The translations under genes were made by a program, and so were the position numbers. Below, piece by piece: positions 59,181-64,000 of a DNA stretch of 64,000 nt; the first letter of the stretch is position 1, and each line of letters opens with the position of its first letter. Source of the stretch: an uncultured delta proteobacterium. Its GTDB lineage: Bacteria > Desulfobacterota > Binatia > Binatales > Binataceae. Below the pieces are notes generated by a model. That model was given only the letters and a program-made list of their open reading frames with translations, did no database searches and had not been told where the DNA came from. The stretch covers positions 449,988 to 513,987 of the forward strand of contig CAWBGG010000002.1 of assembly GCA_963788205.1 (NCBI GenBank), in the 5' to 3' direction.

Positions 59181-60992
59181 GACGATTAGGCCGCCGAGGG
59201 CAGCCGCCTGATTCCGTACCGCGCGGTCCAATCCGGTTTCGCCCCCGCGTTCAACGATTCTTCCATTCACGCACCAGAGCGAGGGTTTTGCTCCGCCAAT
59301 CAATCCGGCCGAAGCGAGAAGGGAACGCATCGTGCGCAGGGCTCGTGCGCCTGTCGAGTCGGGAAGTACCTGGATGATCGCCATCATGCCGGCGTCTTCA
59401 TGCCCCAGGATGTGGCAATGGTAGACGAAATCGCCGGTGTCCGGCCCACGGAAATCGAGGCGGATTTTGACGCTGGGATAGGGACCGGAGCCCTTCCAGA
59501 ACGGAACTTGGACCATGTCGAACATCTGTTGCTGTGCGGCGGGAACGGGCGCGCCATTGCGCTCCAGTAACAGGAAGTGAATCTGATGGATGTGGAATTC
59601 GTGATTTTCCATCGCCCGGTTCTGGATGGTCCAGTCCTCGACTGATCCCTGCGTGGTGGTGATCGCCGGAGGGTTGTCAGGGCTGAAGAGCGTGGGCGTC
59701 TGGCCAGCCACGGTGATGAAGAAATTCGTCGGGCTGTTCGGGTTGCTGGGATCGAGCAGCACCTCGGAAAAGTACAGAGTGCGCTTTGCGGTCGGCGTGG
59801 CCGCAGCGAGTCCCTCAAAACGCTGCGCTCCGGGGGAACGCAAGACCGTCGGCAGCACGGGAGGCTCGGGCGCGTCGTCGCTGGTCTGGATACTCGCGAG
59901 AGGCCGGGTCGGATCGTCGTCTCCATCGGGTCCCGTGTCGATGTTCGCGGTCAGCAGGGTCGCGTGCTTTACTCTTTTGCCGGGGCCCGTGACGATAAAT
60001 TCCGCCCGTGCCGCCGGGGGCAGCAGAATGTTGTCCTCGGTGACGACCTTGCCCTTGCGCGTGCCGTCCTGGGACCCGGTCGGAACGCCGTCCAGTTCGA
60101 CGACGCCGAGCGGTTGCGCCACTCCATCATATTCCAGCTTTAGATTGAGGATGCTGTCGGCGCTCGCGTTCAAAACGCGCCATAGTTGGCGTTCTTTGGG
60201 CTTCATCGGAATGATGGCTGGCGTGTAGTCGGGATACGGAACCGGGATGAAATTGACCGAGAGGTCCCACGATGGCGCCTTCCCGCCCGGGGTTGGGTTG
60301 CCCGGCACCGGATTGTCTCTGATGATCAGGAGCCGCGCGGGCAATCCCGCAACCTTGGGCTGCAGATTCTGAATCCCTTCTACGATGATCGCACCGGAAG
60401 CGCCGCCCTGCACCGCCGCTTCAGCTATGCCGTGAACATGGGGATGGTACCAGTAGAGCCCCGGCGGTTCGTCGGATGGAAATTGCACGGTGTAGGTGAA
60501 CGAATTGCCGGAGTTGATCAGCGTATGGATCACTTCGTCCTGTCCGCAGCTGGGCGAGGTGTTCGTGCCGTGGAAATGTACGTTGGTCGAAGAGCTATCC
60601 ATGGTCGGATCGCCGCACGGCGCCGAATCCGTCATCTGGAGCGGCACCGCGGTCGAAGAGGTGGGCGCCGGCGTATCGTTGGTCAGGGTCAAGACCAATT
60701 GATCGCCTGGACTCACGTGCAGCGTGGGCGACTCTGTCCCGTCCGCCATCATGTAGCAGAATAGAGTGTTGCCGTTTTGATCCACCGTCGTCTGGTACGA
60801 CAAATTCACGGTCAGCACTCCACCCTGGCTGAACAGATCTTCGGGCGGCGTGACGCTGCTGCCAACCGCGAAACGGGGGCAGGGACCCACTCCCTGGGCA
60901 AAGGCGCATACCTGCAGGAATAGCTCTGTGAGCGCGAGGACGGTTGCGCCCAACAGGGCGCCTGCGAGAGGACGCCCGGCAGCTTTCATCAT
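59103..60992 (-). CDS. Multicopper oxidase (CopA/CueO-like) with a C-terminal TM anchor
   Basis: HPHVHG and HCHILGHEDAGMM copper sites; signal peptide; 629 aa. Confidence 0.8.
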   Translation of the reverse strand: MMKAAGRPLAGALLGATVLALTELFLQVCAFAQGVGPCPRFAVGSSVTPPEDLFSQGGVLTVNLSYQTTVDQNGNTLFCYMMADGTESPTLHVSPGDQLVLTLTNDTPAPTSSTAVPLQMTDSAPCGDPTMDSSSTNVHFHGTNTSPSCGQDEVIHTLINSGNSFTYTVQFPSDEPPGLYWYHPHVHGIAEAAVQGGASGAIIVEGIQNLQPKVAGLPARLLIIRDNPVPGNPTPGGKAPSWDLSVNFIPVPYPDYTPAIIPMKPKERQLWRVLNASADSILNLKLEYDGVAQPLGVVELDGVPTGSQDGTRKGKVVTEDNILLPPAARAEFIVTGPGKRVKHATLLTANIDTGPDGDDDPTRPLASIQTSDDAPEPPVLPTVLRSPGAQRFEGLAAATPTAKRTLYFSEVLLDPSNPNSPTNFFITVAGQTPTLFSPDNPPAITTTQGSVEDWTIQNRAMENHEFHIHQIHFLLLERNGAPVPAAQQQMFDMVQVPFWKGSGPYPSVKIRLDFRGPDTGDFVYHCHILGHEDAGMMAIIQVLPDSTGARALRTMRSLLASAGLIGGAKPSLWCVNGRIVERGGETGLDRAVRNQAAALGGLIVLTVLSAWLIASRRYRRLADALVGQG

Positions 60993-61089
60993 AAAGCCAC
61001 ATTGTAATGATAATGAAAATGCTTCTCAATTTCAAGTCGTGGCGGAAACGGCGGCTATCCCTACGCGAGCTCACGCGCGCGCCTCGGCG

Positions 61090-61195
61090 GATCAATATCA
61101 ATCTCGATGTGACAGCTACTCCTGACCAACAATCGCGTCGGCGAGGCGCCGATACTTTCGCCAGGCGATCAGCCATGCGAACGTTATCAGGGCCA
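61090..61195. repeat. ~100-bp repeat (copy 2)
   Basis: See 59075-59180. Confidence 0.6.
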
Positions 61196-62148
61196 CGACG
61201 ATCACGCCCATCTGCGCAAAGTCCAGATTGTTGATCGCGATCCAGAACCGGCCACTGAGCTGAAGCTCGGCGCTCAGCACTTGCAGCCACTCGATTCCGC
61301 CGACCACAAACGCGACCATCACGGTCAGGCCGGTAATCGCGGTATTGAAGAACAGTCGCTTGAGGCCGTCGGCGAACGCCCAGTCGTAAAGTTGCATCAT
61401 GAAGGCGCCGTCGAGCGCGTCCATCAGGGTCATCCCGGCCGTGAACATCAGCGGAAAGACCATGATTCCCCATAGCGGCAGCGTATGGCTGGCCGCGGCG
61501 GTGGCCGAGATACCGAGCAGGGCGACCTCGGTCGCGGTGTCGAAGCCCAGGCCGAAGAGCAGGCCGATGAAATACATCTTCCAGCCCGCGTCAATCCGGC
61601 GGTAGAGAAAACGGAACAGCCGGGCGGCCAGGCCGCGCCGATTGAGCAGCGCGGCGATTTCGTGATCGATCTCTTCGCCGCTGCGGCCGCCACTCTTGTA
61701 CGAATCGAAGGCGCCCCACAATTGCACGAAGATTACCAGGTTGACGATTCCGATCAGGGTCAGAAAGCCGGCTGAAATCAGTGTGCCGGCCAGGCCGCCC
61801 CAGAATTGCGGCCGACCGTGGCCGCCCGCGTGCATCGAGACTCCGAGCGCGATCGCGAACGAGAGCAGAATCACGATCGTCGAGTGGCCCAGCGCGAAGA
61901 ACAGGCCGGTCGCGATCGAGCGTGTGCCGTCCTGGCGGAGTTTGCGCGTGACGTTGTCGATCGCGGCGATATGATCGGCGTCAAAAGCGTGTCGCAGGCC
62001 GAGGAACCAGGCCAGCGCGCCGACTTCCAGCACTGCGGCGCCGGAGGCTGCCGACAGCCCCCACAGCGCCAGCCACGCGCACAGATTGAGCAGGCCGAGC
62101 CCCGCGAACAGCAGCACCAGCCGCTGCGTAACGCGATCGGTTGTCATC
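61116..62148 (-). CDS. NicO/HoxN-family nickel/cobalt transporter; real start MTTDRVTQRL at 62148
   Basis: HAFDADHIAAIDNVTRKL signature; eight TM segments. The D/R-rich N-terminal extension in the track is antisense to a His-codon run. Confidence 0.7.
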
Positions 62149-62218
62149 GTCGTGTGCCGCCAGCGGTCATCATACATTTTCGCGCTGCCGCCGACAGGTG
62201 TAATGTGCCTGCGGAGTC

Positions 62219-62548
62219 GTGAGCACGATCTATCATCACCATCGCGGCGGCAACCATCCGCACGTCCATGACCATCATGATCATGGTCATTACGATCATC
62301 ACGAACACCATCACGATCATCACGGCCACAGCCATCACGCCTATGACGCGCGTGGACATCAACCGGCGATCGTCGAAGCAAATTCCCACGAGCTGGGACA
62401 CTGGCACTTCGACGATCGTTTCGAGCAGATCGCGATCGCTGCGGCCCATCCGCCGGCCGAAAATTTTGCCTCGCCGGCGGTTCCCTCGACCGATTGCGAG
62501 TTGAGCCGCCGCCCCTGGGCTGCGCGGTCGCCGCCCAGCGTCTTTTAA
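62219..62548 (+). CDS. Histidine-rich metal-binding protein (109 aa, ~35% His in the first 60 residues), divergent from nicO
   Basis: HHHRGGNHPHVHDHHDHGHYDHHEHHHDHHGHSHH. Confidence 0.5.
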   Translation: MSTIYHHHRGGNHPHVHDHHDHGHYDHHEHHHDHHGHSHHAYDARGHQPAIVEANSHELGHWHFDDRFEQIAIAAAHPPAENFASPAVPSTDCELSRRPWAARSPPSVF

Positions 62549-62706
62549 CTCTCCCTAGATCTTTCGTTCGATTTTTTCGACTTGGGCGCGCCGGTAGCCG
62601 TACGCGGGCGCATTGATGCGTGCTGCGTTCGCGCTCCGTTCTCAAATCGGGAGCGCGCTGGTGTGTGCGCCATGCGCGTGCGCGCCGGTCTGTGCGGAGG
62701 TCTGCC

Positions 62707-63984
62707 ATGAGCCGGTCGAGGCTTGGGTTTGCGATATCGATAGTGTTGTTGATTCCGCTGGTGAGTCAGAGCGCGGCCGCGGCGCAGAAGCTTTCGCAGT
62801 CAGAATCCGCCATTAGGACGGTAAAGGGGACGGTGAGAGACGCGCTGGGCCGCGCCGTCGCGGATGTAACGGTGAGCCTGCAGGTGCCGGGCGGAAAAAC
62901 GATCGCACGCGCATTGACCGACGATCGCGGCCGCTTCAGGATCGCCGTCACAAAGGCGGGCACTTACGCGCTCGTGACCGAGCGCAAAGGCTTCAAGCCT
63001 GCGACGCAAATCATCGTCGTTCCGCTCCCTGCGGGGCGCGCGATCGCAATCGTGATCGAAGCCGAGCGGGCGCTCACCATTGCCGTCAGCGCGAGCCGGC
63101 TTGGCGCGCAGAATCGGCTCTCCGACACCGGCGCCAGCAAGTACACGCTCACGCGGCAGGACATCGCGAATCTTCCCGCAGGCGAGGCGACCCCGCTCAA
63201 TGAGGTGATGTTGCAGATGCCCGGTGTCGCACTCGATCAGAACCAGGAGATTCATGTCCGTGGCGAGCACATGGGAATCCAGTACCAAATGAACGGCATC
63301 ATGCTGCCGCTCGATCTCAACAGCGATCCTACTTTCACCCAGCTCCTTAATTCCTGGTTCGTGAGCAGCGTAAGCCTGGCCGACGGGATTTTGCCCGCGC
63401 AGTACGGCTACCGCACCGCGGGGGTGATCGACATTCAGACCCGCGACGGATGCGACGGCGGCGGGAGCAACCTCACGCTCTACGGCGGGATGCGCAACAC
63501 GGCGCAACCGAGCTTCGAGCTTTCGGGATGCCGCAACAAGCTAAGCTACTACCTGACCGGGCTCTATTTGCATTCCGCTCTCGGCTTCAGTTCGGCCACG
63601 CGCAGCCCGAACCCGATCCACGACACGACCGACCAGGGACAGGGCTTCGCCTACGTTACATACACGCCTGATTCGGAGACGAAGCTGAGCCTGATCTCCG
63701 GGATGACCGTGGCCGGCACGCAATTTCCCGATCGGCCGGGACCGATGCCGCTATATCAGCTCGAAGGCGTGAATCCCGCCGGCTATCCTTCGACCGCGAT
63801 CGACTCGTCGCTCGATCAACAGGACTACTATGCCGTGCTGGCGCTCAACCGGGCCGTTGGAGCCGATCTCGATTATCAGGCCGCGTATTCGGTTCACTAC
63901 AATACGCAGACTTTTCATCCCGATCCGATCGGCGATCTGATCTACCAGGGCGTCGCTTCGCGGGTCTTCGACAGCGACCTCTAG
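62707..63984 (+). CDS. TonB-dependent receptor, N-terminal part (carboxypeptidase-regulatory-like and plug domains); stops at 63984, well short of a full barrel
   Basis: Signal peptide; GTVRDALGRAVADVTVSL; plug-region DTGASKYTLTRQDI...PGVALDQNQEIHVRG. Confidence 0.7.
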   Translation: MSRSRLGFAISIVLLIPLVSQSAAAAQKLSQSESAIRTVKGTVRDALGRAVADVTVSLQVPGGKTIARALTDDRGRFRIAVTKAGTYALVTERKGFKPATQIIVVPLPAGRAIAIVIEAERALTIAVSASRLGAQNRLSDTGASKYTLTRQDIANLPAGEATPLNEVMLQMPGVALDQNQEIHVRGEHMGIQYQMNGIMLPLDLNSDPTFTQLLNSWFVSSVSLADGILPAQYGYRTAGVIDIQTRDGCDGGGSNLTLYGGMRNTAQPSFELSGCRNKLSYYLTGLYLHSALGFSSATRSPNPIHDTTDQGQGFAYVTYTPDSETKLSLISGMTVAGTQFPDRPGPMPLYQLEGVNPAGYPSTAIDSSLDQQDYYAVLALNRAVGADLDYQAAYSVHYNTQTFHPDPIGDLIYQGVASRVFDSDL

Positions 63985-64000
63985 AACGCGCTCCAGGGCG

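Noticed and set aside
62144-62708. D/R-rich N-terminal 190 residues attached to nicO, and a Met/Val-rich 101-aa ORF 62144-62449
   Set aside because: Both are antisense or alternative readings of the His-codon run of the + strand His-rich gene; the NicO family starts at the TM region (MTTDRVTQRL, 62148).

Overview
The window is GC-rich (~67%) DNA from a Gram-negative bacterium: an LPS/lipid A cluster and SecF are present, probably from a soil lineage. The taxon is not inferable from sequence alone.

Housekeeping blocks, in window order:
- the 3' half of an isc Fe-S operon (iscS-iscU-iscA-hscB-[MITE]-hscA, minus strand)
- secF
- a HigBA-like toxin-antitoxin (TA) pair
- PBP1A
- LPS core genes (heptosyltransferase, WaaP/Kdo-type kinase, GT2, GT4)
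- yicC-gmk-spoT-ridA
- a lipid A/Kdo operon (lpxB-msbA-waaA-lpxK-ycaR-kdkA, minus strand)
- a copper/metal-homeostasis cluster at 52.8-62.7 kb with three SCO1 paralogs, DoxX, rhodanese, cytochrome c, YHS, TlpA, an outer-membrane barrel, a DUF2318-like protein, a multicopper oxidase, NicO and a His-rich protein

Accessory content:
- a family of hairpin/MITE repeats whose apparent parent is a GIY-YIG nuclease gene flanked by perfect 49-bp inverted repeats (14.4-14.9 kb)
- three lower-GC islets (15.6-16.8 kb, 30.4-33.3 kb, 40.2-41.5 kb)
- a ~4.2 kb island bracketed by a duplicated 3' end of kdkA
- three large secreted proteins (NHL, Kelch, S53 peptidase) that share Ig-like modules and Pro/Thr linkers

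Caveat: at least twelve single-base frame breaks split otherwise recognisable genes, and many sit at short homopolymers. The sequence is therefore probably an error-prone draft; true pseudogenes cannot be excluded. Several long ORFs in the supplied track are antisense or out-of-frame artefacts of the high GC content.
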